32,000 nt of DNA from Aquifex aeolicus VF5 (GCF_000008625.1 NC_000918.1:1140001-1172000); one strand, 5' to 3'. Positions 7,879-17,173 are shown, numbered from the stretch's first letter. The notes: a model not told the origin generated them from the letters alone. Translations and numbers: made by a program.

Positions 7879-10059
7879 TCAAGCCATCTCGTAGAACATT
7901 TCCAGCTTCTTTGAGTTTACCCCCGCAAGGGAAACGTCCGCATCGGGGTGTCCGTAGAGGGTGCAGAGAGTGACTATTTTTGTATCCGTGTACTTCTTGA
8001 GCATCCTTATGGTGAAGTCCGTTCTGTAGCAGTGTACTCCTATCATGAGGGTAAGGTCGTGCTCGCCGTACAACACGGAAAGGTGAGGATTGGGTGGGTC
8101 CACTTCTCTTGAGAAGTCCACTTTCTTGTTTTTCGGCTTGTAATCGGGTAGTAGGTGGATATTCAGGTTTGGATACTTTTCCTTCAGTCTCTTTATTATC
8201 TCACCTTTCTTTTTAGCCTCTTCGTTCCATGCCCAGAGCACCAGAGGTCCGACGATTAGAGTAGGTCTTTTTGCTTTGCTTAGAAGCTCTACGGCCACTT
8301 GAAGTGCCTCTTCAAAGGATACCTTTTGACCGTTTATGAAGCCTATTTCCGTGGAAGTTTCCCTGACTATGGGAAGCCTGCTCATGTCTTCCTGAGGACC
8401 CGGGGCGACCTTCGGAACTTTGTAGTTTTGTGGGATAAATTCTTTTAGGTTTTCGTTGGGAACAGGTTTTTGGGCACTTTGTCTCTTCTGAACTCTGGAA
8501 GTCTTTTCCTTGAGTGAAAGGAGTTTTTCACTGTCCTCCACGTAAAGGTCAAGTTCCACCTGAAACTCACCGTGGTAAGCTTTTTCCTCCTCTTCAACTC
8601 CGAGGGAGTAGCACGTAACTCCTTCTATATCTAAAAAAACTCCGTTCGCTCCCCACTCCTTCGCCTTTTTGAATATCTCGTACCTCTTTTCGTAGAACTC
8701 GTAACAGCAGTGTCCTATGTAGGTGTAGCCGTTTTCCCCGCACCACTGGAGGACGTCCCTCAGCATCTCAAAGCTCGTAATGGTTATGGGTATCATTCCC
8801 CTCTCGTAAGCCATTCTGTAAAGGTCTCCTACCGTACACCCTCCGCACTCTCCGCAGTCGTCCGTATGCCTGTAATCGCACCACGTGGGCTTTGCACAGT
8901 AGGGAAGGAGCATAACCTTAGCCTTTTTTATGTTCTCCTTCAGCCCTCCTCCTATACTGCCTATTACCCTATTGAGTTTTTTTTTATCAATTCCTAAATC
9001 CTGAGCCTCCAACTTCCTCAAGGGAAACATTACGGCTTCCACAAAATCGTCCACCGTGAGGTTCACGCTTTCAAATTCTCTTTCCTTGAAGAACTCCCTT
9101 ATCCTCTTTTCAACTTCCTGAACGGGAGTATGCTTGAGATAAGCTTCCAAGTCGTATATAAGTCTTTTGGGATTTATGAAGAAATCCCCGTTAATTATCA
9201 CCTGTTGAAGAACCTTAGTTTGGGGGTCCACTTTTGCGGAAACCCTGAAAGTTCCTCCAGGACACCTGTATATACCGTAGAGTATCTCGTCTCCCGTAAT
9301 AGCCTTCTTCACGTGGTAAATCCATTCATCACTCTTGAAGTAGTCTTTCTTTTCTTCAAAGAGTTCCAGCTCTTCCTTTGTTAGTTCTCCCCAGTAAGGT
9401 TCTATACCGAGTTCTTCCTTCAGGGCTTCAAGAATTGCGTTAAATACTTCTTCTTTTTCAGGCAGTCTTCCGATTTCCCTCTTTACCCACGTTATCCTGT
9501 CTTCCGCGGACTTTATCCCCTTGGAAGTTAGCTTCTCAACAGGTATCTGTAAGGATTTAAGCATTCTTTCCAAGTTCACGTCCATGAGGATAGTTCCCTG
9601 GTAGAGGAATGCGTTCCCCTCAAACACTCCACCCGTTCCCGAAATCTTCTTTCCCTCAACTTCTATGTCGTTCCTCGGTCTGAACTGGGCATTTACACCG
9701 AGTTTTCTGAGTGCTTTTGCCACGGTTTCGCATATGGTTCTCGTTATCTTCTCGTAGGATTTATTTCCAAAGCTTTCCCTGTCCGCTATTATTTCCCACC
9801 CTATCTGGAGCTCGTCAAAGTATATAGCTCCTCCTCCCGTAATCCTTCTGTTTACCTCTATTCCTTCTCTCTGAACGTACTCAAGTCTTACCTCTTGTTC
9901 AACAGCTTGGTGATAACCTATCAGGACGCATTCTGGTTTGAACTGTAAAAATCTTATAGTGTTTGGTATTTTCCCTTCGGACTTTAATTCTAAAAGAACG
10001 CTATCAAGTGCCATGTTTTCGTGGGCAGGTCTCTGCCCGGTGTATATTACTCTCCACAT
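7879..10059 (-). CDS. multidomain protein: lipoate/octanoate ligase-like domain + DUF116-like Cys-rich domain + C-terminal Rossmann-like (CODH/ACS epsilon-like) region
   Basis: Track start 10245 is probably too long: ATG at 10059 is preceded by AAGGAG. N-term RRITGGGAIYFDELQIGWEI and KISGTGGVFEGNAFLYQGTILM (LplA/BirA fold); middle LPYCAKPTWCDYRHTDDCGECGGCTVGDL...GVFLDIEGVTCYSLG (DUF116-like); C-term RPTLIVGPLVLWAW...DLTLMIGVHCYRTDF. Confidence 0.8.
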   Translation of the reverse strand: MWRVIYTGQRPAHENMALDSVLLELKSEGKIPNTIRFLQFKPECVLIGYHQAVEQEVRLEYVQREGIEVNRRITGGGAIYFDELQIGWEIIADRESFGNKSYEKITRTICETVAKALRKLGVNAQFRPRNDIEVEGKKISGTGGVFEGNAFLYQGTILMDVNLERMLKSLQIPVEKLTSKGIKSAEDRITWVKREIGRLPEKEEVFNAILEALKEELGIEPYWGELTKEELELFEEKKDYFKSDEWIYHVKKAITGDEILYGIYRCPGGTFRVSAKVDPQTKVLQQVIINGDFFINPKRLIYDLEAYLKHTPVQEVEKRIREFFKEREFESVNLTVDDFVEAVMFPLRKLEAQDLGIDKKKLNRVIGSIGGGLKENIKKAKVMLLPYCAKPTWCDYRHTDDCGECGGCTVGDLYRMAYERGMIPITITSFEMLRDVLQWCGENGYTYIGHCCYEFYEKRYEIFKKAKEWGANGVFLDIEGVTCYSLGVEEEEKAYHGEFQVELDLYVEDSEKLLSLKEKTSRVQKRQSAQKPVPNENLKEFIPQNYKVPKVAPGPQEDMSRLPIVRETSTEIGFINGQKVSFEEALQVAVELLSKAKRPTLIVGPLVLWAWNEEAKKKGEIIKRLKEKYPNLNIHLLPDYKPKNKKVDFSREVDPPNPHLSVLYGEHDLTLMIGVHCYRTDFTIRMLKKYTDTKIVTLCTLYGHPDADVSLAGVNSKKLEMFYEMA

Positions 10060-10162
10060 ACTTTCACTCCTTAAGAAGTTTTCTTTAAAATCTCTATGAG
10101 ATATACACTCCTTTCTATAAGAAATTTTTATCATAGAATAAGCTATACCTAACCCTAAAATC

Positions 10163-11350
10163 ATGAGTATGGAAAAATTCGAGTTTCCCATAGACCTTGC
10201 CGAGAAATGCGTAAAGTGCGGACTCTGTAAATCGGTGTGCCCCACTTACCCCTTCAAAGAGGAAGAAGGAGCCTTTGCAAGGGGAAGACTCGCCCTTGCG
10301 GAAATGGTTGTAAAAGGCGAACTCCCTTTAACCAAGGAAGTCGTAGCCCAGTGGAATGAGTGTGCAATGTGTAGAAGGTGTGAGTGGATATGTCCAAACG
10401 ACGTTCAGTACAAGGAGATAATGGTTCACGCAAGAGAAATCCAAAGGAAGGAAACGGAAAGGGATTTCATATCGGAGGCCGGATTAAAAAGTCTGGAATT
10501 TATGCAGTCAAAACCAGGAAGAGTTGCGTTAAAAATTGCGGGAATACTTTCTAAACCTCTTCCCAAAGAGATAAAAGTTCCTCTCCCCACGGGAGGAGTT
10601 AAGTTCTTTCCCAAACCCTATGGAAAGCCTTTCGGTATAAGGGGAAAGACTTTTAGAGCCAAGAATGAGAAGATGAAGCTCCTCTTCTTTACGGGATGTA
10701 TGATAGACGTCTTTTACGGAAAGACGGGAGAGAACGTAATAAAGGTTTTGAATAAACTCGGTTATACGGTAATTGTTCCAAAGGACATAAAGTGCTGTGG
10801 TGCACCCCACCTTTACCACGGAAACACGGAGGCTTTTGAGAAGTTAAAGGAACACAACTTAAAGGAAATTGAGAAGTACGAGTACGACGCTCTTGTTGTT
10901 GCGTGCCCAACCTGCGGAGGAGCTCTGAAGGAAGACTACGGAAAGGACTGGAAGGTTTTCAGCTTTACTGAGATAATAGCGAATGAAGACATTGAGTTTA
11001 AAGGAAAAGGTGAGAAAGTTACCGTTCACGTTCCCTGCCACTACTACACTGCCATGAAGTTAAATCCGAACAACTTCTACAAAGCCCTCGGAAAGGTAAA
11101 AAACGCGGAGACGGTTAAAGCGGAAAAGGCTCAGAGTTGTTGCGGATTTGCAGGACTCTTCTCAATAAAGAACCCTGAGCTCTCGGAAGAAATCCAAAGG
11201 GAAAAGATGCTTGACTTTAAAAAGACTGAGGCGGACTACGTAGTTACGGAGTGCCCGGGATGCGTTCTACAACTGAGAGACGGCGTGAAGAAGTTCAAAA
11301 ACCAACAGGAAGTAAAGCACATAGCTGATTACCTGGGTGAGAGGATTTAG
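10163..11350 (+). CDS. Fe-S oxidoreductase with two 4Fe-4S motifs and CCG domains (GlcF/GlpC/HdrBC-like)
   Basis: CVKCGLCKSVCPTYP, CAMCRRCEWICP, FFTGCMIDVFYGKTGE, KCCGAPHLYHGN, HVPCHYYTA, SCCGFAGLF, TECPGC. Confidence 0.9.
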   Translation: MSMEKFEFPIDLAEKCVKCGLCKSVCPTYPFKEEEGAFARGRLALAEMVVKGELPLTKEVVAQWNECAMCRRCEWICPNDVQYKEIMVHAREIQRKETERDFISEAGLKSLEFMQSKPGRVALKIAGILSKPLPKEIKVPLPTGGVKFFPKPYGKPFGIRGKTFRAKNEKMKLLFFTGCMIDVFYGKTGENVIKVLNKLGYTVIVPKDIKCCGAPHLYHGNTEAFEKLKEHNLKEIEKYEYDALVVACPTCGGALKEDYGKDWKVFSFTEIIANEDIEFKGKGEKVTVHVPCHYYTAMKLNPNNFYKALGKVKNAETVKAEKAQSCCGFAGLFSIKNPELSEEIQREKMLDFKKTEADYVVTECPGCVLQLRDGVKKFKNQQEVKHIADYLGERI

Positions 11351-11492
11351 TAGACTTTTATCATATGAAGATACTCTTCTACGCACCGAACTTTACACGC
11401 CCTCTGAAAAATGGTACAGCTTCTACAATTTTAGCATCAATGTGGGCTAACTATTTACACCGCAAGGGGAACGAAATTCTCCTTGTTAGTCA

Positions 11493-11501
11493 ATACCCGG
11501 T
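11493..11501. repeat. left target-site duplication ATACCCGGT
   Basis: Identical to 12512-12520. Confidence 0.88.
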
Positions 11502-12511
11502 GAGCCTGTTGAAAAAATCGTCATGACTTAGAGAATAAAGCGAGAGGAAGCCCATGTAATCCTCAAAAGGTTAAGACACAATAAAAGGAGCTTCAGAAGA
11601 AGGATCAAGTTGTAAAGAACAAACCTCCCTAGAACATACAAACTCGCAATCTCAAAGTCATAAACATTGTCCCTGTCCCCAAACCTGTTCTTAACTATCC
11701 CTATCACCTGCTCAACCCTGTACCTGTTCTTTCTATAAACCTTCCTCCTTATCTCATAATTCCTCTTAGCCCATAGCCTATACATGTTCCTAACTCTTGT
11801 ATGTGCAGTATCCCTCACCGGAACTATAGACTCCATCCGTAGCTTCTTTATTTCCTCTAAAACTCCTGCAGACTTCCCATAGTAGGCATCCCCAAGAAAA
11901 TACCTCGCTCTAAAGCCAAGTTCTTTGAGCATGGATCTTAGCAGCATATTCTCATCTGCATAGGATTTGCCTGTGTTTATATCCACTACTATAGCTTTGT
12001 TTCTTACAACTCCTACAAGAACTTCTGTTTTCACATGAGATTTTACATTCCTAAGTTCCTTTCCCTTCTTCCACTTGAGTTCATATGCCTGTGCATATCC
12101 AAATCCGGTTCCGTCAGCAATAAGGCAGTAAAACTCTTTTGCCTGAAGCTTTTCCATTATCTCCTTTGCGGTCCTGTGTATTAGCTCTTTGAGATAGCCC
12201 CGGTTTAGTTTTCTGAACCTGTAGTGGAGAGTGGTAAAGTCAGGTACTTTGGGGAATAGGTCTTTTAGTCTTTCTTCTAAATCTCGGAGGGAGAGGTTTT
12301 CTAAGATCTTAATCAGTAGTGCTGCTACTATGAGGTGATCTTCGTAAACTCTGGGTCTTCCTCTTTTGTTGTACTGACTTGGTCTAATGGTATTGCATAT
12401 TTCCCTGCTTTTGGTTAATATCAGTTTTATCAATTGCTTGTTATTTCTTGTTCTCATTCCCTTCCTTCTACTTCTTCTCTTCCACTGTGTCAAGATTTTT
12501 TAAACGGGCTT
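11502..12511. mobile_element. 1010-bp insertion sequence (IS4/IS5-superfamily DDE type) with imperfect terminal inverted repeats
   Basis: Left end GAGCCTGTTGAAAAAATC vs reverse complement of right end AAGCCCGTTTAAAAAATC (15 of 18 identical); flanked by identical 9-mers. Confidence 0.92.
11528..12493 (-). CDS. DDE transposase (IS4/IS5 superfamily)
   Basis: ADGTGFGY, FLGDAYYGK, RYRVEQVIGIVKNRFG arrangement of DDE residues; lies between the IRs. Confidence 0.85.
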   Translation of the reverse strand: MTQWKRRSRRKGMRTRNNKQLIKLILTKSREICNTIRPSQYNKRGRPRVYEDHLIVAALLIKILENLSLRDLEERLKDLFPKVPDFTTLHYRFRKLNRGYLKELIHRTAKEIMEKLQAKEFYCLIADGTGFGYAQAYELKWKKGKELRNVKSHVKTEVLVGVVRNKAIVVDINTGKSYADENMLLRSMLKELGFRARYFLGDAYYGKSAGVLEEIKKLRMESIVPVRDTAHTRVRNMYRLWAKRNYEIRRKVYRKNRYRVEQVIGIVKNRFGDRDNVYDFEIASLYVLGRFVLYNLILLLKLLLLCLNLLRITWASSRFIL

Positions 12512-12520
12512 ATACCCGGT
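12512..12520. repeat. right target-site duplication ATACCCGGT
   Basis: Identical to 11493-11501. Confidence 0.88.
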
Positions 12521-13497
12521 AGTTGAAGAAGAAGGATTGATTCACTTTCCTCATATTTCCTTGAAAAGAAATAAATTGAACGGGGACATATTTTATGCAA
12601 AACGTTTAAGTGAAGTTATAAAATCAGAAAAGCCAGATATAGTTTATGCTTTCTTCAGATCTATGAGTACAATTCTTGGTTTATCAACGTTTTTTGGTAA
12701 AGAAACAGGCACTATTTATCTTGGAAGTGTTCATAATACTGATAATTACATTAAATACGGTTCCCTTAAACATATACCTTACAGAGTGATGATTAAGGTT
12801 TTACTGGAAAAACTTGATGGAATTGTATGCGTATCAAACACAGTAAAAAGAGACTTAAAACAAACTTTTTGGATTAAGGACGATAAACTTAAGGTTGTCT
12901 ATAATTTAATTGACATAGATAAAATAAGAAAACAGGCAGACGAGTCAATTAATGTGGACTTTGATTATATAATAGCAGTAGGAAGGTTAGAAGATCAAAA
13001 AGGTTATCCTTATATGCTCAGAGCCTTTAAATTGATTTCCGAAAAATTTAAAGATTTACACTTACTAATAATAGGAGAAGGATCAAAGAAGAATCAAGTT
13101 GAAAAATTGATTGAAGAGTTAGGTTTGAAAAATAAAGTGCACTTACTCGGTTATCAATTAAACCCCTACAAGTACATAAAGAGAGCAAAAGCTTACCTAA
13201 TGACCTCTATTTATGAAGGGTTTGGATTAGTTTTAGTGGAAGCTATGGCGTTAGGTATTCCTGTAATTGCTTTTGATATACCTGCTGTTAGAGAAGTGTT
13301 AAATGATGGTAAAGCAGGAGTTTTAGTACCTTTTGGAGATATAAATGCATTTGCAAAAGGATTGGAAAAATTACTTACAGATAGGAACTTAAGGGAGTAT
13401 TACATAAAGAACGGACTTATTAGGGCAAAGGATTTTGATATAAGTAAACTTGATAAGATTTTTTCAAAAGATTTCTGGGAAAAATAACTTTTTCTTT

Positions 13498-13844
13498 TGG
13501 TGGAGGCGGCGGGAATCGAACCCGCGTCCGAGGACGGCGGCCACATCCGAGGCTCTACAGGCTTAGCCCGTGTTCAGGATTTCCCCTCGGGTCGCCCACG
13601 GGCAAGCTCCCCGAGGGTAGCACGGGTTAGGTGTCAGCTACTCAGCCCCGTGCGACCGAGTAGCCCGAGCGGGTGTCTCTGACGCCCTCCGGTAGGCCAC
13701 CCGCAAACCTACCGGGGACGCGCTGCCGTTTAATTAGGCAGCGAGAGCGAGTTCAGCTTCGGGAGCTGTTTTAGCGGCTGTTACGGGAGCCACCCGGCCT
13801 GCTCCTCGGGGACCGCCTGTCCCCGTCGAATCCTTTCCGCCCCC
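13498..13844 (-). ncRNA. ssrA: transfer-messenger RNA
   Basis: 5' GGGGGCGGAAAGGATTCGACGGGG and 3' GGACGCGGGTTCGATTCCCGCCGCCTCCACCA form the tRNA-like domain; in-frame tag reading frame followed by TAA. Confidence 0.97.
13734..13766 (-). other. tmRNA-encoded proteolysis tag APEAELALAA plus stop
   Basis: GCT CCC GAA GCT GAA CTC GCT CTC GCT GCC TAA on the minus strand. Confidence 0.9.
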
Positions 13845-13864
13845 TTACCTTGACGAAATATAAA

Positions 13865-13891
13865 ATTATAACCCAAAAGAAAGGTTGTCAA
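13865..13891 (-). promoter_or_regulatory. predicted promoter for ssrA (TTGACA-N15-TATAAT)
   Basis: Exact -35 and -10 hexamers on the minus strand, about 20 bp upstream of the mature tmRNA 5' end; spacer is short. Confidence 0.6.
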
Positions 13892-13903
13892 GAGGAGGGA
13901 AAA

Positions 13904-14200
13904 TTAGGGGAGTATGTCTTTTATCTCTATTTCAGTATAGGGCTGTCTATGACCCTTCCACCTTTTGTAGTTTTTCTTAGGTCTGTACTTAAAAACTATT
14001 AATTTTTTTCCTCTGCCGTGAGCCTTTACTTCCGCAATAACCTTTCCTTTATTGAACTCTATGCTTCCGTCGTCTTTCCTAAGCATAAGGGCTTCAAACT
14101 CAACAGTCTGCCCAACTTCGTAAGGGAGCTTTTCTACCTTTAACTTCATTCCCTTTTCAACCTTGTACTGCTTTCCTCCTGTTTTTATTACCGCGTACAT
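13904..14200 (-). CDS. rplU: ribosomal protein bL21
   Basis: MYAVIKTGGKQYKVEKG... KFKYRPKKNYKR-like VFKYRPKKNYKRWKGHRQPYTEIEI. Confidence 0.95.
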   Translation of the reverse strand: MYAVIKTGGKQYKVEKGMKLKVEKLPYEVGQTVEFEALMLRKDDGSIEFNKGKVIAEVKAHGRGKKLIVFKYRPKKNYKRWKGHRQPYTEIEIKDILP

Positions 14201-14211
14201 CTCTTACCTCC

Positions 14212-14661
14212 TCAGGATATGATTTCCCACTTACCGCCCGCCTTTTCTATCTTTTCCTTCGCGGATTTGGAGAAGGCGTGAGCCTTTATAACGAACTTCT
14301 TTGTAAGCTCACCGTCTCCGAGAATCTTAACCCTGTCCTTTTCGTCGCAGAGTCCCTTGCTTGCAAGAACTTCGGGAGTGATTTCCATTCCATCTTCAAA
14401 GAGCTTATCTATAACGCCGACGTTTACGGGAGTGTACTCCTTGCGAGTGGGGTTCTTAAATCCCCTCTTAGGGATTCTCATATAGAGAGGAGTTTGTCCG
14501 CCTTCAAAGTATGGAGGCATTTTCCTGTCTCCGGAACGGGACTTCTGTCCTTTGTGTCCCCTTCCTGCAGTCTTTCCGTGACCCGAACCTATACCTCTAC
14601 CTACTCTTTTCTTTTCCTTCGTTGCTCCCCAGTGTGGTTGTAGGTCGTGAAGCTCAACCAT
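14212..14661 (-). CDS. rplO: ribosomal protein uL15
   Basis: [41 protein letters not shown]. Confidence 0.97.
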   Translation of the reverse strand: MVELHDLQPHWGATKEKKRVGRGIGSGHGKTAGRGHKGQKSRSGDRKMPPYFEGGQTPLYMRIPKRGFKNPTRKEYTPVNVGVIDKLFEDGMEITPEVLASKGLCDEKDRVKILGDGELTKKFVIKAHAFSKSAKEKIEKAGGKWEIIS

Positions 14662-14673
14662 TTCTCAACCTCC

Positions 14674-15051
14674 TTAAAGCTCTACTTCTTCTCCTTTCCA
14701 GTTCTTGTACTTTTTGTAGCCTTTCTTCCTCAGGAAGTCCTCAAGATCCGTTATCCTGGAAAAGTAGTAAACGCCTTTTCCGTTAGTGTAAACTCCATTC
14801 TTGTTTATAACCGTGTAATCCGGCTTTTCCGATAAATCCCTTTCTACGGTAGGAATATCACCGGAAAAATCTATTCTGTACGCCACACCAACAAGGTGGA
14901 ACGCCTTCCTTATGTTTCCCCAAACGAGCGGGTTGTCTTCGAGTATCCTCTCCTGTCCTCTTTTTTTAAGACCTAAGGACTTTACCGCCTGGATATGTCT
15001 TTCGCTTTCTCCCGCAAGTCCCCTGAGGAGTTTCACCTTAAGTTTGCTCAT
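14674..15051 (-). CDS. rpmD: ribosomal protein uL30 with a long C-terminal extension
   Basis: N-terminal ~60 aa [52 protein letters not shown] matches L30; position between rpsE and rplO. Confidence 0.88.
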   Translation of the reverse strand: MSKLKVKLLRGLAGESERHIQAVKSLGLKKRGQERILEDNPLVWGNIRKAFHLVGVAYRIDFSGDIPTVERDLSEKPDYTVINKNGVYTNGKGVYYFSRITDLEDFLRKKGYKKYKNWKGEEVEL

Positions 15052-15664
15052 AGATACCCCTCCAAGGGTAGTAGTGCTTTATGTTCATCTTGGGAAGGGC
15101 GTACCTTCTGTACCTTCTCAGGATTTCCTCTACGGGCAGTCCTCTTTCTTCTGCTATCTGCTCGGGAGTCTTTAATTGAAGGAGTGCGTCGAACACCGCC
15201 CTTACGACGTTGTCGGGATTTGTGCTCCCTATTATCTTCGTGAGAACGTCCGTGTACCCTGCGAGTTCAAATACGGGTTTTGCTGCACCACCTGCAACAA
15301 CACCGGTTCCCCTTCTTGCGGGGAGAACGATTATCTTAGTCGCTCCGAAAGTTCCTATAACGTCGTGGGGGACTGTTCCGTCTACTATGGGAACTCTGAT
15401 TACGTTTTTCTTCGCCTTTTCAATACCTTTTGCTATGGCGAGGGTTACTTCTTTCGCTTTACCGTGTCCAAAACCGACGTGTCCCTTTCTGTCTCCTACA
15501 ACCACCAGAGTACTGAAGGAGAACCTCCTTCCACCCTTTGTAACTCTCGCCGTTCTGTTTGCGTATATGAGCCTCTCTTCAAGCTGAAGTTCGGGAAGTA
15601 TTTCTTCTATGTTCTGCTGTTTCCTCCTCTCTTCTATAAGCCTGTCTATGTCTTTACCGCCCAT
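15038..15664 (-). CDS. rpsE: ribosomal protein uS5
   Basis: [37 protein letters not shown]. Confidence 0.97.
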   Translation of the reverse strand: MGGKDIDRLIEERRKQQNIEEILPELQLEERLIYANRTARVTKGGRRFSFSTLVVVGDRKGHVGFGHGKAKEVTLAIAKGIEKAKKNVIRVPIVDGTVPHDVIGTFGATKIIVLPARRGTGVVAGGAAKPVFELAGYTDVLTKIIGSTNPDNVVRAVFDALLQLKTPEQIAEERGLPVEEILRRYRRYALPKMNIKHYYPWRGIYEQT

Positions 15665-15675
15665 AACAACCTCCT

Positions 15676-16050
15676 TTAGAATTCAAGTCCCATTTCTCTG
15701 CATTTATCCGCAAAAGCCTTTATTTTACCGTGGTACTTAAATCCGCCTCTGTCAAAAACTACTTTTTTTATGCCCTTTTCAAGTGCCCTTCTTGCAATTA
15801 TTTCCGCAACTACTTCCGCGTCCTTTATTGACTTTCCGCCCCTTTTGCCCGTTATCTTTTCAAACTCAGGATCCAAGGTAGAAGCACTCACCAAGGTGTG
15901 TCCTATGGTGTCGTCGATAATCTGGGCATAAAAGTGCTTTAAACTCCTGTACACGCAGAGTCTCGGTCTTTCAGGAGTTCCGAATACTTTTTTCCTTATC
16001 CTCTTGTGCCTTCTTAATCTTTTTTCCCTTCTCGTTTTCAGCCTCGGCAT
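15676..16050 (-). CDS. rplR: ribosomal protein uL18
   Basis: [35 protein letters not shown]. Confidence 0.96.
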   Translation of the reverse strand: MPRLKTRREKRLRRHKRIRKKVFGTPERPRLCVYRSLKHFYAQIIDDTIGHTLVSASTLDPEFEKITGKRGGKSIKDAEVVAEIIARRALEKGIKKVVFDRGGFKYHGKIKAFADKCREMGLEF

Positions 16051-16062
16051 CTAATTACCTCC

Positions 16063-16614
16063 TTACTTCTTACCAACAGCTTTACCGGGTTTGAGTTTGA
16101 GCTGTTCGCCTTTATACCTAATACCTTTACCCTTGTAAGGATCGGGTTTCCTGAAGCTCCTAATCTCCGCTGCGACCTGTCCCACTCTCTGTTTGTCTAT
16201 ACCGTGGATGTGTATCTCGTTTCCTTTAACTTCTATCTTCACATCGGGCGGGATTGGGTATATATCTGGGTGAGATTTTCCGAGGTGAAGTTCTAAAACG
16301 TTTCCCTTGAGCTGTGCCCTGTATCCAAGTCCGTGTATTTCGAGAACTTCCGTAAATCCTTCCGTAACGCCTTTGATCATATTCTTTACGAGGGCTGCCA
16401 TAGTTCCGTGTATAGCCTTGTGGAAGCTCCTGTCGGTGGGACGATCCAGCTTTATCCACCTTTCCTGTTGGTTTACCGTAACCTTTATATCGGGGTGGAC
16501 GTTCAGTTCAAGCTTTCCTTTAGGGCCTTCAACTACGATTTTGTGTTCCTTTTCTACGTAATTCACTTTTACGTTTTCGGGGTACGGAATGGGTTTTTTA
16601 GCCAATCTGGACAT
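16063..16614 (-). CDS. rplF: ribosomal protein uL6
   Basis: [33 protein letters not shown]. Confidence 0.97.
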
Positions 16615-16626
16615 TTCTCCTCCTCC

Positions 16627-17133
16627 TTACCACACGAAGGCTATAACTTCTCCGCCCTTTCTCATTCTTCTGGCTTCGTGATCGGTCATGACTCCCGCGT
16701 CCGTGGAAACTATGGCTATTCCAAGTCCCCTCTTAACGTAAGGCATGGTTCTGACACCTGCGTACACCCTTCTTCCGCCCTTTGAGACTTTGACGATGTT
16801 CGTTATGGCGCTCTTCCTCTTCTTGGGGTCCAGGTATTTGAGGTATATCTTTATGGGGTACTGCGTTCCCTTGTTATACTCCTCAAGCTGCTTTAGGTAT
16901 CTCTTCATTTTGGGATTGGGTGACTTTTCAGCGAGTTCCTTCATCTTCTTGTACTCTTCTTCGTACTTTTCCCCTTTTAACGCTTCCCAGTCCTGAATGA
17001 AACCCTCTTTCTTTAGGACGTCGAGTATTCTCTCCTTTAACTTGGAAGACGGGACGTAGAGGAAGTCGTCTCTTCTCATAATAGCGTTCTTGATCGCGGA
17101 GAACATATCCGCTATTGGGTCAACGGCACTCAT
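16627..17133 (-). CDS. rpsH: ribosomal protein uS8 with an internal insertion
   Basis: DPIADMFSAIKNA, RRVYAGVRTMPYVKRGLGIAIVSTDAGVMTDHEARRMRKGGEVIAFVW. Confidence 0.95.
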   Translation of the reverse strand: MSAVDPIADMFSAIKNAIMRRDDFLYVPSSKLKERILDVLKKEGFIQDWEALKGEKYEEEYKKMKELAEKSPNPKMKRYLKQLEEYNKGTQYPIKIYLKYLDPKKRKSAITNIVKVSKGGRRVYAGVRTMPYVKRGLGIAIVSTDAGVMTDHEARRMRKGGEVIAFVW

Positions 17134-17173
17134 TACAAACCTCCTTCAAGCCGGCAGTTGGGCTTTAAACCCC

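Larger units (their letters stand above)
11365..13487 (+). pseudogene. glycosyltransferase family 1/4-like gene interrupted by an IS element (5' part 11365-11501, 3' part 12521-13487)
   Basis: Removing IS plus one TSD copy joins MKILFYAPNFTRP...LLVSQYP to VVEEEGLIHFPHISLKRNK...; the 3' part has GT4 features AVGRLEDQKGYPYML, LLIIGEG, STYEGFG-like TSIYEGFGLVLVEAMALGIPVIAFDIPAVREVL. Confidence 0.9.

Noticed and set aside
10060-10245. 62-aa N-terminal extension of the LplA-DUF116 ORF
   Set aside because: Overlaps the divergent Fe-S gene, has no family similarity, and a strong AAGGAG precedes ATG 10059.
13497-13682. 61-aa plus-strand ORF MVEAAGIEPASEDGG...
   Set aside because: Entirely antisense to ssrA; a typical false ORF from tRNA-like T-arm sequence (GGCGGGAATCGAACCCGC).
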